Below, one piece after another: positions 1 to 8,374 of a stretch of 64,000 nucleotides of DNA. The stretch is from the NCBI GenBank assembly GCA_902620285.1, contig CACNHT010000006.1, forward strand, positions 857-64,856, given 5' to 3'. Below the pieces are notes generated by a model that was given only the letters and a program-made list of their open reading frames with translations, had not been told where the DNA came from and made no database searches. How positions within the stretch are numbered: the first letter of the stretch is position 1; every line of letters begins with the position of its first letter. This DNA comes from an uncultured Alphaproteobacteria bacterium. Its GTDB lineage: Bacteria > Pseudomonadota > Alphaproteobacteria > HIMB59 > GCA-002718135. Both the position numbers and the translations under genes were made by a program.

Positions 1-607
1 CAAAATTTTTTGATTTATTTTTATTGATTTTAATAAGTTTATTTCTAATCTTAATCAAAACATTTTTTCTAATCTTTATTAATCCAATATATTGAAATTT
101 ATTTTTTTTAAAACTTGTAATAGGTTTGCCTATTTCTAAAATTTTATTGTTCTTAATAAAACAACTTTCTGCATCGTTAATAGGCTTATCAAATCGTTCT
201 TTCCAATATTTTTTCCAAATAGTATCAACAACAACACTAATATTTTTATTTGAATTTTTAATTTTTTTTAAAATAGATTTATTATACACAATATCTGAGT
301 AGGAAATGATTAAATCAAAATCTATCTTTTGATATGAATACAATGCTAAGTAGAACGAATAAACCATATTAGTTTTGTTATATAAATTATTATGAATATA
401 ATTAATATTTTTGTATTTGATTTTTGAATTTTTATATCCTGTTACAATATCAATATCAAAAATTTCATTTTTGTTTGCATTAGAAATAATATTTTCAATT
501 AATGATATATTTTTTAACCTTACCATTCCCTTAGGAATTCCTAAAGTAAGTGGCCTTAAACGTTCACCTTTACCTGCAGCTAACACTAAAAGTTTAGTTC
601 TACCCAT
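1..607 (-). CDS. Nucleotidyltransferase, LicC/Cj1416-like cytidylyltransferase candidate (C-terminus runs off the left window edge)
   Basis: Absent from the ORF track because it is open at the edge. My own minus-strand translation from ATG at 607..605 gives MGRTKLLVLAAGKGERLRPLTLGIPKGMVRLKNISLIENII...DTIWKKYWKERFDKPINDAES..., with no stop down to base 1. LAAGKGERLRPLT is the G-x-G-x-R-L-x-P-L-T signature of nucleotidyltransferases. The ATG overlaps the stop of the upstream gene by 8 nt (ATGGGTAG). Confidence 0.75.
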   Translation of the reverse strand, partial: MGRTKLLVLAAGKGERLRPLTLGIPKGMVRLKNISLIENIISNANKNEIFDIDIVTGYKNSKIKYKNINYIHNNLYNKTNMVYSFYLALYSYQKIDFDLIISYSDIVYNKSILKKIKNSNKNISVVVDTIWKKYWKERFDKPINDAESCFIKNNKILEIGKPITSFKKNKFQYIGLIKIRKNVLIKIRNKLIKINKNKSKNF

Positions 608-1238
608 TAAAAATATACTTTATAAATTTTAAATCATCCTTTTTAAATTTTTTATATCTTTCTGGATGCCAACCAATTGCATAAACTTTCTTTTTTTTAT
701 TATAAAATCCCTCTACTACATTATCTGCATATGCCCAAGGAGTTAAGTGTTTTGATAAATTATAATTATTAATTCCATAATCATGATAGGAATTTTTATG
801 AATATTTTTTTTTAAATATTGACTTCTAAATTTATTATCAACAACAGAAATTTTATGAGAACTAGTAACATGATTTCTTACTATATTAATTTTTCCTCCA
901 TAAAATAAATTTATGATTTGCATGCCTCTGCATATACCAAGAATAGGTATATTATTTTTTAAAGCATAACGAAAAATTTGATATTCAATTAGATCTCTTT
1001 TTGTACCTTTTTTTTTCTTAAGATTAAATTTTGTATCCTCTCCTGGTCCTAAAATGACTCCGCTACATTCGAAACTATTTAAAAAACTTATTTTAAAATT
1101 ATTTATTGGTATTAAAAAAACATTAAAATTTAAAGTATTTAAGAAATCTATCATCTCATAACTTACAGCGTTATATTTTTCTTTATATTTATTGTTCTCC
1201 CTTTCACGCATTGTTAGTGCTATATTAATTTTTTTCAT
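600..1238 (-). CDS. Class I glutamine amidotransferase-like / peptidase C26-type hydrolase (Cj1417-like gamma-glutamyl-CDP-amidate hydrolase candidate)
   Basis: 212 aa. Nucleophile elbow ILGICRGMQIINLFYGG (Cys103) and GWHPE (His191, Glu193) form the Cys-His-Glu triad of GATase1/C26 enzymes. No synthase partner domain. Sits between the kinase-like and nucleotidyltransferase genes. Confidence 0.75.
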   Translation of the reverse strand: MKKINIALTMRERENNKYKEKYNAVSYEMIDFLNTLNFNVFLIPINNFKISFLNSFECSGVILGPGEDTKFNLKKKKGTKRDLIEYQIFRYALKNNIPILGICRGMQIINLFYGGKINIVRNHVTSSHKISVVDNKFRSQYLKKNIHKNSYHDYGINNYNLSKHLTPWAYADNVVEGFYNKKKKVYAIGWHPERYKKFKKDDLKFIKYIFNG

Positions 1239-1271
1239 AATAAAATTTATATATTAAAATATTAATTTACA

Positions 1272-4223
1272 TTATATTTTTTTGATAATTTTTTTGTTTG
1301 AATCTATTAAAATTTTTTCACCAATATTAAATTGATTAAAAATTTCTTCTCCACATCCAATAACTGCAGCTAACCCATATTCAGCAGATCTTATTGCCAT
1401 ATGAGATGCCATACCACCATACATAGTCACCAAACCTCTTATTTTAGAAGAAAATATCCAATCATATCCTGGATCTGCTGACTCTATAAATACTATTTTA
1501 TTTTCTAATTTTTCTGGCTTAGTATTATTTTTTAGATAGATTACTTTACCTGTAACACGTTTATTAGTTATAAAATTTGGCTGATGTTTAAAGAAACTGA
1601 TAATATCAACATCTTTATTGGAAAAAATTATTTCACTTAATTTAATACTTTTCGTAATATTATATTTTTTTTTCTCAATATTTACTTTTGATCTTAAACT
1701 TTCAAAATTAATAAATGAGTCAGAAGATAAATGAATTAAATCTTCAACTTTTAGAAAATTTAAATCTATCTCTTTCATTCTTGAATGATTATTTATTTTA
1801 TTTAAAATTTCTAAGATTGCATTTAATCCTTTCGAATATTGAAATTTACCATATTCTCTTCCTTTGATTCCATTTATAATAAAATCAAATAGTTGATTAC
1901 TATTAAAACTTGCTTTTTCTTTTTTTAACCAAATATCAATATCTTTTTTTTTACTTAACCAAAGCAACCTAGCATCATTTATATTTGAATTAATTGAGTT
2001 AGAATTCAAGCTACTTTTTGTAAAAAAATTTTTTACAAATAAAGTTTTATAACTGTTCGAATTTATATCATAACTGGAAGGCCTTAGATGACCATATTTA
2101 TTTATTAAAATTTTTTTATTAATTTTTCTTTTAAAATAATTACTTAAATCATTTGAAAATTCTGAAGATACAGTAGGTATATTTGATAAAAAATCGTAAT
2201 ATTCAGATTTTGAGAATATTTTTAAATTCATCATTGTTTGAAGCATGCTTAAAGAAATAAAACCAAATCTTGCGCTTATTCCAAATGGTATTGCTCCATA
2301 TTCTTTAGTAAATCTTAGAATATCTTTTAAATATTCAAAGTAATCATTAATATTTTGTTTTTTTGTTTCATTAAATATATTAATTTTATCAAAGTTTTTA
2401 TATTTTCTATCTAATTTATCAAAAAGGATTTTAGAGTTTGTGATTAAATTAGAGGTCCATTCTTTGTATTCTTTAAGTATAATTTTAGAATCTAATTTAC
2501 TTAATTTTAAATTTTTCTCTAAATGGTTTAGAAAATTTTTTCGATCATAAGAATAACAATTAATTGAAACTTTAAATTCAATTTTATCATTAAGATGAGG
2601 ATTATTTTTTAAATATTTTAACTCAGAGTTTATAAGTTTATTACATATTTTTTCAGATAATTTAGGTATCAGAAAGGAGTTTAAGCTTTTTCTAATATCC
2701 ACATATGGCAAACCACAAAATGAATAAATTAAATTATCTATAACATTAAATTTATATCCTAATTGATGACGAGATATTGACCATGAAATATCAGTTATTA
2801 GATTTTTATATAATGATATTGATAATGGTAATGGAATTGGCCCAATCATTTCTGCTGGATTCCAATCACTCATATTACTAAAAATATTAGTATTACCAAA
2901 TAAATTATTTTGTTTTTTTTGATGGTCATTTATAAAAGATTTAATATTTGATAATTGTAAATCAAAATCATCAATATGATAATTTCTATTTTTAATTTGC
3001 TTTAGAGGTCTTACTTGAAAAATATGTACTCTATTTTTAATATCAATCGCAAATTCTATATCTAGATTATCAAGATTAACTTTAGACTCTATTTCTTTTA
3101 TAGATCTAATAAGTTTTTTTTGCCAACTATTTAAATATGAAATAGATTTAAAATTTTTATAAATGTAGATAGTCTTAATACTAGAAGCATTACCAGAAGT
3201 TACTGTATCTGTTTTATTTGAAGTATCATCAAAATTTATTAAATAATATGGAGACGAATCTTTTTGGATAGTAGTAAGAACTACACCACTAACTTTAACG
3301 TTTGTTAAAAATTCTTGTATTAAAACTTGATTGTTTGAATTACTATATTTTTTAATTTTATAATTTTTAAAAATTGATTCTATATGGTACTCTAAAAAAT
3401 TATCATTTTTTATATTTAAAATTGACTCAAACATTCCAGCATTAGATTGGTCTAATCGATCTTCAAATATAGAGCTACTCCTGATAATTAATTTTTTTTT
3501 CGGAAAAATTTTTTTAATTTGTTGAAGTATTTTTTTCCTATCATATGACCATTGACCTTGAGTAAAAGTAAATTGATCTAAAACATTGGATTTTTTTAAT
3601 ATTTTATTCATATTAAATAATGTATCTGCTTTAGTGCCAAGTAAAAAACTAGAAGGGTTTGAAAAGTCATCAATTTTAATAAAAGAATTTTTATTAAAAA
3701 TAATTGAGTCTGATAATTTTGCGGTAATTTTTTTAATAAACAAGTTTTCTGAAATATTATTTTTATTTAAAAAAATTTTTTTTATTTGATTAGCAAATTT
3801 TTTTTTAAAGAATAATATTTTTAATTTATTTTTATTTTTTTCTTTAAAGAATTTATAACCTACATTAAGTTTATTATTTTTTAATTCTTTAATAAAACCA
3901 TCTTTTAATAATAAGTTAGAGTCAAATATTAAAGTATCAGAGATTGAAGGTATATTAATAATATTGAAAACATCTAAAAAATTTTCTTTTTTCCAATTAG
4001 GATTATAGTAAAATTTTAATTCAGGATAAGATTTAATTACTTTTTCAATATGATATCCTCCTAAAAAATAAATTTTATTTTTTTTTTCTTTTTTGATGAT
4101 CCCTAACGTGAGATCTAATAAAGTTTCTTGTGATTGATTTATTTTTTGTAAAACTGAGGGGAAGCTTTCTTCTGGATCAATTTTTCTGACTCCTCTTGAT
4201 GATCCTATAATTATAATATTCAT
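1272..4223 (-). CDS. PEP-utilising-enzyme family ATP-dependent kinase without a TIM-barrel domain (Cj1418-like L-glutamine kinase candidate) carrying an extra N-terminal domain of about 195 aa
   Basis: 983 aa. ATP-grasp PEP/pyruvate-binding-type motifs GTKADTL... and IIRSSSIFEDRLDQSNAGMFES. The phosphohistidine swivel motif TMYGGMASHMAIRSAEYGLAAVIG (His941, codon 1401..1403) lies 42 aa from the C-terminus, so the PEP/pyruvate TIM-barrel of PpsA/PPDK is absent. The family call is firm; the substrate is inferred from context. Confidence 0.7.
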   Translation of the reverse strand: MNIIIIGSSRGVRKIDPEESFPSVLQKINQSQETLLDLTLGIIKKEKKNKIYFLGGYHIEKVIKSYPELKFYYNPNWKKENFLDVFNIINIPSISDTLIFDSNLLLKDGFIKELKNNKLNVGYKFFKEKNKNKLKILFFKKKFANQIKKIFLNKNNISENLFIKKITAKLSDSIIFNKNSFIKIDDFSNPSSFLLGTKADTLFNMNKILKKSNVLDQFTFTQGQWSYDRKKILQQIKKIFPKKKLIIRSSSIFEDRLDQSNAGMFESILNIKNDNFLEYHIESIFKNYKIKKYSNSNNQVLIQEFLTNVKVSGVVLTTIQKDSSPYYLINFDDTSNKTDTVTSGNASSIKTIYIYKNFKSISYLNSWQKKLIRSIKEIESKVNLDNLDIEFAIDIKNRVHIFQVRPLKQIKNRNYHIDDFDLQLSNIKSFINDHQKKQNNLFGNTNIFSNMSDWNPAEMIGPIPLPLSISLYKNLITDISWSISRHQLGYKFNVIDNLIYSFCGLPYVDIRKSLNSFLIPKLSEKICNKLINSELKYLKNNPHLNDKIEFKVSINCYSYDRKNFLNHLEKNLKLSKLDSKIILKEYKEWTSNLITNSKILFDKLDRKYKNFDKINIFNETKKQNINDYFEYLKDILRFTKEYGAIPFGISARFGFISLSMLQTMMNLKIFSKSEYYDFLSNIPTVSSEFSNDLSNYFKRKINKKILINKYGHLRPSSYDINSNSYKTLFVKNFFTKSSLNSNSINSNINDARLLWLSKKKDIDIWLKKEKASFNSNQLFDFIINGIKGREYGKFQYSKGLNAILEILNKINNHSRMKEIDLNFLKVEDLIHLSSDSFINFESLRSKVNIEKKKYNITKSIKLSEIIFSNKDVDIISFFKHQPNFITNKRVTGKVIYLKNNTKPEKLENKIVFIESADPGYDWIFSSKIRGLVTMYGGMASHMAIRSAEYGLAAVIGCGEEIFNQFNIGEKILIDSNKKIIKKI

Positions 4224-4281
4224 TTTTATATATTATTGACTTCGTATTTTTGCTTACATACAATTCTATTCCAAATCAAGA

Positions 4282-5112
4282 TTAATATATATTATTTTTT
4301 TTGTATTTTAAAAAAGAATTACTTGATGCTATAAAAAATTTATTCCTTAAAAATATTTTATTATATTTAATTTTATTATTATTTAAATTTAGAATTTGAC
4401 CATTAGCTTCTTCTAATATTATATTTCCAGCAGCAATATCCCATTCGGATGAGCCTACAAATCTTGGATATACATCTGCTTGTCCATCAGCTAAAATACA
4501 GAGTTTTAAGGAACTACCAATGCTTACTAAATTATAATTATTTAATTTAGATAACCATTTTTTGTCTTGTTCAGATGAATGAGATCGACTTGCAACAACA
4601 TTTATTTTTTTGAAATAGTTTCTGCATTCAATTTTATTTTTATAATTAAATAATTTTATCTTTTTTTTTCTAGTTATAATTTTATGTTTGAACGATCCCT
4701 TATTTTTTAGAGCATAATAAAGCAATTTTTTATACGGTGCATAAATTACTCCAAATATAGGTTTATTATTTTTTAAGTAAGCAATATTTATAGTGTATTG
4801 ACCATTTTTATTTAAAAATTCTTTTGTTCCGTCTAAAGGATCTATCATCCAGAAAGAACTCCACTTTCTTCTAACTTTGTAAGAGATAGATTTATTTTCT
4901 TCTGATATTATTTTAAAATTTTCATTTATTCTCTTTAAACCTTTCATTATAATATTATTTGAGTTTAAATCAGCTTGTGTTAATGGGCTTTTATCTTTTT
5001 TAAAATTTAAAGCTTTAGGTTTTTTGTAAAATTTTAAGGTTTCTTCACCAGCTTGTATAGCTAATTTTAAAATACTCTGTATATTATTTTCGAGATTAAA
5101 TTTTTTTTTCAT
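4282..5112 (-). CDS. cysQ: 3'(2'),5'-bisphosphate nucleotidase (inositol monophosphatase superfamily)
   Basis: 276 aa. Metal-binding motif WMIDPLDGTKEF. C-terminal IGSSLKLCILADGQADVYPRF...WDIAAG closely resembles the E. coli CysQ signature as I recall it. Confidence 0.85.
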   Translation of the reverse strand: MKKKFNLENNIQSILKLAIQAGEETLKFYKKPKALNFKKDKSPLTQADLNSNNIIMKGLKRINENFKIISEENKSISYKVRRKWSSFWMIDPLDGTKEFLNKNGQYTINIAYLKNNKPIFGVIYAPYKKLLYYALKNKGSFKHKIITRKKKIKLFNYKNKIECRNYFKKINVVASRSHSSEQDKKWLSKLNNYNLVSIGSSLKLCILADGQADVYPRFVGSSEWDIAAGNIILEEANGQILNLNNNKIKYNKIFLRNKFFIASSNSFLKYKKNNIY

Positions 5113-5123
5113 ATTTTTGAATA

Positions 5124-5200
5124 TGGTAGCGGAGGAGGGATTTGAACCCCCGACATCACGAATATGAGCCGTGCGCTCTGACCAACTGAGCTACTCCGCC
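5124..5200 (-). tRNA. tRNA with CAU anticodon (elongator tRNA-Met most likely; lysidine-modified tRNA-Ile2 not excluded), CCA encoded
   Basis: The reverse complement reads GGCGGAG TA GCTC AGTTGGTCA GAGC G CACGG CTCATAT TCGTG ATGTC GGGGG TTCAAAT CCCTC CTCCGCT ACCA, which folds as a cloverleaf with anticodon CAT. It lacks the three G-C pairs in the anticodon stem and the C1xA72 mismatch of initiator tRNA. Position 1-72 is a G-U pair. Confidence 0.9.
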
Positions 5201-5209
5201 AAATTCAAT

Positions 5210-5545
5210 TTATAAACTAAATGACTCTCCACACCCACAAGTACTTTTCTCATTTGGATTGTCAAAAACAAATCTTGAGCCAAGCTTTTCTTCCTTATAA
5301 TCCATAACAGATCCTAATAAAAACATAGTAGCCTTTGGATCGATTAAAACTTTTGCTCCATCTTGAAGAATAATTTCAAAATTTTTTAAATCTGATGAAT
5401 TGCCAAAATCTAATTTGTAAGAATAACCACTACAACCAGACTTGTCTATACCGATGACTACTGAGTCCATGCCCTTGGGAGCAGAGGATATAATTTTTTT
5501 AATCCTGTCAGCAGCATCAGATGTAATAGTTAATAAATTATTCAT
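5210..5545 (-). CDS. sufA: A-type Fe-S cluster carrier (IscA/SufA/ErpA family)
   Basis: 111 aa. Conserved Cys in GCSGYSY and C-terminal CGCGESF. Last gene of the suf cluster. Confidence 0.85.
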   Translation of the reverse strand: MNNLLTITSDAADRIKKIISSAPKGMDSVVIGIDKSGCSGYSYKLDFGNSSDLKNFEIILQDGAKVLIDPKATMFLLGSVMDYKEEKLGSRFVFDNPNEKSTCGCGESFSL

Positions 5546-5564
5546 TATACTTTTATAAATTAAA

Positions 5565-5951
5565 TTAAAAAATATCTAAAGCAAGTTTTGCTTCTTCTGA
5601 CATTAAATCCTTATGCCATTTCGGATTCCAAACTAAAGAAACTTCTATAGAATTTAGATTTGATAGATTTTCAACTGATTTTCCAACACTTTCGGGCATG
5701 GTTCCTGCTACTGGGCAGTTTGGATTTGTTAGAGTCATTTTAATTTTTATATCATTTTTATCACTTATTTTTATATCGTATATCAAACCTAAATCGTATA
5801 AATTTACTGGTATTTCAGGATCAACAACAGTTTTAATACACTCAATAACCTGATCTTTATTTATTTTAGTACTGATATTCAAATTATTAAATTTTTTAAG
5901 ATAACTTGAATTTTTTTCTGGTAAAAAATCTTTTAATTGTTTTTCTTCCAT
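5565..5951 (-). CDS. sufT: SUF-associated DUF59/SufT-type Fe-S assembly protein
   Basis: 128 aa. VVDPEIPVNLYDLGLIY...TLTNPNCPVAG is the DUF59 core. Located between sufS and sufA. Confidence 0.8.
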   Translation of the reverse strand: MEEKQLKDFLPEKNSSYLKKFNNLNISTKINKDQVIECIKTVVDPEIPVNLYDLGLIYDIKISDKNDIKIKMTLTNPNCPVAGTMPESVGKSVENLSNLNSIEVSLVWNPKWHKDLMSEEAKLALDIF

Positions 5952-5954
5952 TAA

Positions 5955-7151
5955 TTATAATAAAATTTTTGTTATTTCATGCATACTATCTACTAAATGA
6001 TCAACGTCCTCTTTGGTATTATACACTCCAAATGAAATTCTAGATGTTCCAGAAACATTAAAATGCTTCATAAGGGGTTGACAACAATGGTGGCCTGTTC
6101 TTATTGCTATATTCTTTTTATCTAGCATTGCACCTAAATCAGAATTATGAACCCCCTCAATATTAAAAGAAATAATTGCTCCTTTGTTTTTATTTGATCC
6201 AAATATTTTTATATTATTAAATTTTGAGAGCTTATCGTAGGCATAATCATGAAGTTTCATTTCATGATCATAAATAATATTAGGATCAATTTCACTCATA
6301 AAATTTAATGAGGATGAAAATCCAATAACTGGAGCAATGGGAGGGGTGCCTGCCTCAAATTTTTCATAGCCTCGTGCATATGTACTTTTATCAATATTTA
6401 CATCTTGTATCATTTGACCTCCTCCTTGGTAGGGGGAAAATTCATCTAGCCACTTATCTTTCATATACAGTATTCCTAGACCAGATGGGCCATACATTTT
6501 ATGTGCAGAAAAAACATAAAAATCTGGGTCTAAATCTTTTATATCAACTTTTTTATGAGGGGCAAATTGACAACCATCAAGAAGCAGAGGTACGTTATAT
6601 TTTTTTGCTATATCTTTAACTTTATCAAAATTTGTTATTGAGCCTGTAACATTTGACATGTGTGTTAACGTAATTAGTCTGGTTTTAGAATTAATTTTAT
6701 CATTTAATTCATCGTAATTAATTTCACTATTCTCATTTAATCCAAGAGGTATAATTTTTATTTTTTTTTCAATTAAATGCCAAGGAATTAAGTTAGCATG
6801 ATGCTCAAGAAAACTTAATATTATTTCATCACCATCTTTTATGAAACTCTTTGACATACAAGATGCAACTAAATTTATCCCCTCAGTAGCACTTTTAACA
6901 AAAATAATATTTTTTTCAGATGTATTTAAATAGTCTGCAACTCTTTTTCGTGTATCTTCAAATTTTTTTGTCAATTTTGAGCTTAATTCATAATTACCTC
7001 TATGAATATTTGCATATTCATTTGTGTAACAATTATTAGTAGCCTCAATCATTTCATCAACTTTTAATGCAGAAGCTGCAGTATCTAAAAAAACTAGATT
7101 GGGATTTTTTTTGAATACTGGAAATCTTGATTTTAAGTTTGAAGTATTCAT
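5955..7151 (-). CDS. sufS: Cysteine desulfurase, SufS type (PLP-dependent)
   Basis: 398 aa. SAHKMYGPSG (PLP lysine) and RTGHHCCQP (active-site Cys loop). 4-nt overlap with sufD. Confidence 0.9.
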   Translation of the reverse strand: MNTSNLKSRFPVFKKNPNLVFLDTAASALKVDEMIEATNNCYTNEYANIHRGNYELSSKLTKKFEDTRKRVADYLNTSEKNIIFVKSATEGINLVASCMSKSFIKDGDEIILSFLEHHANLIPWHLIEKKIKIIPLGLNENSEINYDELNDKINSKTRLITLTHMSNVTGSITNFDKVKDIAKKYNVPLLLDGCQFAPHKKVDIKDLDPDFYVFSAHKMYGPSGLGILYMKDKWLDEFSPYQGGGQMIQDVNIDKSTYARGYEKFEAGTPPIAPVIGFSSSLNFMSEIDPNIIYDHEMKLHDYAYDKLSKFNNIKIFGSNKNKGAIISFNIEGVHNSDLGAMLDKKNIAIRTGHHCCQPLMKHFNVSGTSRISFGVYNTKEDVDHLVDSMHEITKILL

Positions 7152-8374
7152 TTTACTTTACTTAAGTATCTTATTAGTTTCTTTTGAATTATTTCAGACA
7201 TTTGTTCATTATCAATACTACTTAATTCTTCATTAATAAATGATGATATCAATATTTTAGTTGCTGCAATTTTACTCATACCTCTAGATCTAAGATAAAA
7301 AATAGCATTTTCATCTATTGGTCCTATAGTAGAGCCATGACTGCATTTTACATCGTCAGCATATATCTTTAATTCAGGTTTAGAAAAATACGATGCATTA
7401 TCAGATAGAAGTATTCCTTTACTAAGCTGATATCCCTCTGTTTTTTGTGCTACTTGATCGACATGAGTGTTACTAAAGTATGTTGCTTTGGATCGATCGT
7501 TCAAAATTCCTTTATAAACTTGATTACTTTTACAATCCTCGGCTAAATGTTTAACAAAAGTTTTGTTGTTAGATGTATTATTATCTTTTAGAAAAAAAAT
7601 TCCTTGTAGATCCGCTTCAGAATTAGCTTCTATTAACTCAGAATAATGAAAATTTCTTACGTATCCTTCTGAAAAATTATATACTTTTTGCGTGTAGGTA
7701 GAACCTTTTTTACATGAAGAATGAGTTGTTATTATTAAATTATGATTGGGAGAATTGTCTTGAATTAGAAAATGATTTAGCTGAGAATTTTTTTCTAATT
7801 TAATTACATTTAATATATTTGATGAAGAATTATTTTTATTTTCATATTCTTCAATAAGATTTAGGGATGACCCTTCTTCACAAATATAACTATTTTTTTG
7901 AAAAATAGTTAAATCATCATCAGTTATAATGTTTGATATTTTAATTTTTATGTTGTTATTTTTTTTTATAACAATCTTAAAACCGCTATTTAAAAATAAT
8001 GAATTTAGATTTACAAAATGATCATTCTTTTCAATTGTATCATTTTTAGAAAAATCATTGTAATCTTCATCTATAATTTTAGTAATTTCAATTTTATCAT
8101 CTTTAAAACTAGAACACTGTCCATTTACAGAAACTATTGAATAACAATTTTCCTGATTATTGTTTATTACTGATGTTTCTTCAGGTATCAGATATTTATA
8201 CTTAAAATCAATAAAGTTTTTTAGATTTATATTTTTAAGACTTTCATTATTTTTTTTATCAAATCTATCATCTTTAAAAATATTTATTAATTTTTCTCTA
8301 TGAGTTTGAATATCTTTGTTTTCTGAAAAAAAAATATTTTTTTTATTTTTTAGATAATTATCTTCGATATTCAT
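7148..8374 (-). CDS. sufD: Fe-S cluster assembly protein SufD
   Basis: 408 aa. C-terminal SKPELKIYADDVKCSHGSTIGPIDENAIFYLRSRG is typical of SufB/SufD. Positioned between sufC and sufS. Confidence 0.85.
   Translation of the reverse strand: MNIEDNYLKNKKNIFFSENKDIQTHREKLINIFKDDRFDKKNNESLKNINLKNFIDFKYKYLIPEETSVINNNQENCYSIVSVNGQCSSFKDDKIEITKIIDEDYNDFSKNDTIEKNDHFVNLNSLFLNSGFKIVIKKNNNIKIKISNIITDDDLTIFQKNSYICEEGSSLNLIEEYENKNNSSSNILNVIKLEKNSQLNHFLIQDNSPNHNLIITTHSSCKKGSTYTQKVYNFSEGYVRNFHYSELIEANSEADLQGIFFLKDNNTSNNKTFVKHLAEDCKSNQVYKGILNDRSKATYFSNTHVDQVAQKTEGYQLSKGILLSDNASYFSKPELKIYADDVKCSHGSTIGPIDENAIFYLRSRGMSKIAATKILISSFINEELSSIDNEQMSEIIQKKLIRYLSKVK

Noticed and set aside
411-632. 73-aa plus-strand ORF from the track
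   Set aside because: It lies antisense to the nucleotidyltransferase gene, whose minus-strand translation carries a clear G-x-G-x-R-L-x-P-L-T motif. Its sequence is low-complexity and F/I/L-rich, typical of a shadow ORF in A/T-rich DNA.
1272-4223. Annotating the 983-aa protein as phosphoenolpyruvate synthase (ppsA) or pyruvate phosphate dikinase
   Set aside because: The phosphohistidine swivel domain (His941) is at the very C-terminus, so the PEP/pyruvate-binding TIM-barrel domain that follows it in PpsA/PPDK is missing. The flanking amidotransferase-like hydrolase and nucleotidyltransferase fit the glutamine-kinase pathway better. Rifampin-phosphotransferase-like function remains an untested alternative.
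1-5200. A classical integrase-mediated genomic island inserted at the tRNA(CAU) gene
   Set aside because: No integrase, transposase or phage gene lies in the visible part, and I did not spot a repeat of the tRNA 3' end. Only the compositional step and the gene content suggest variability. This is left as a low-confidence boundary observation rather than a mobile-element call.
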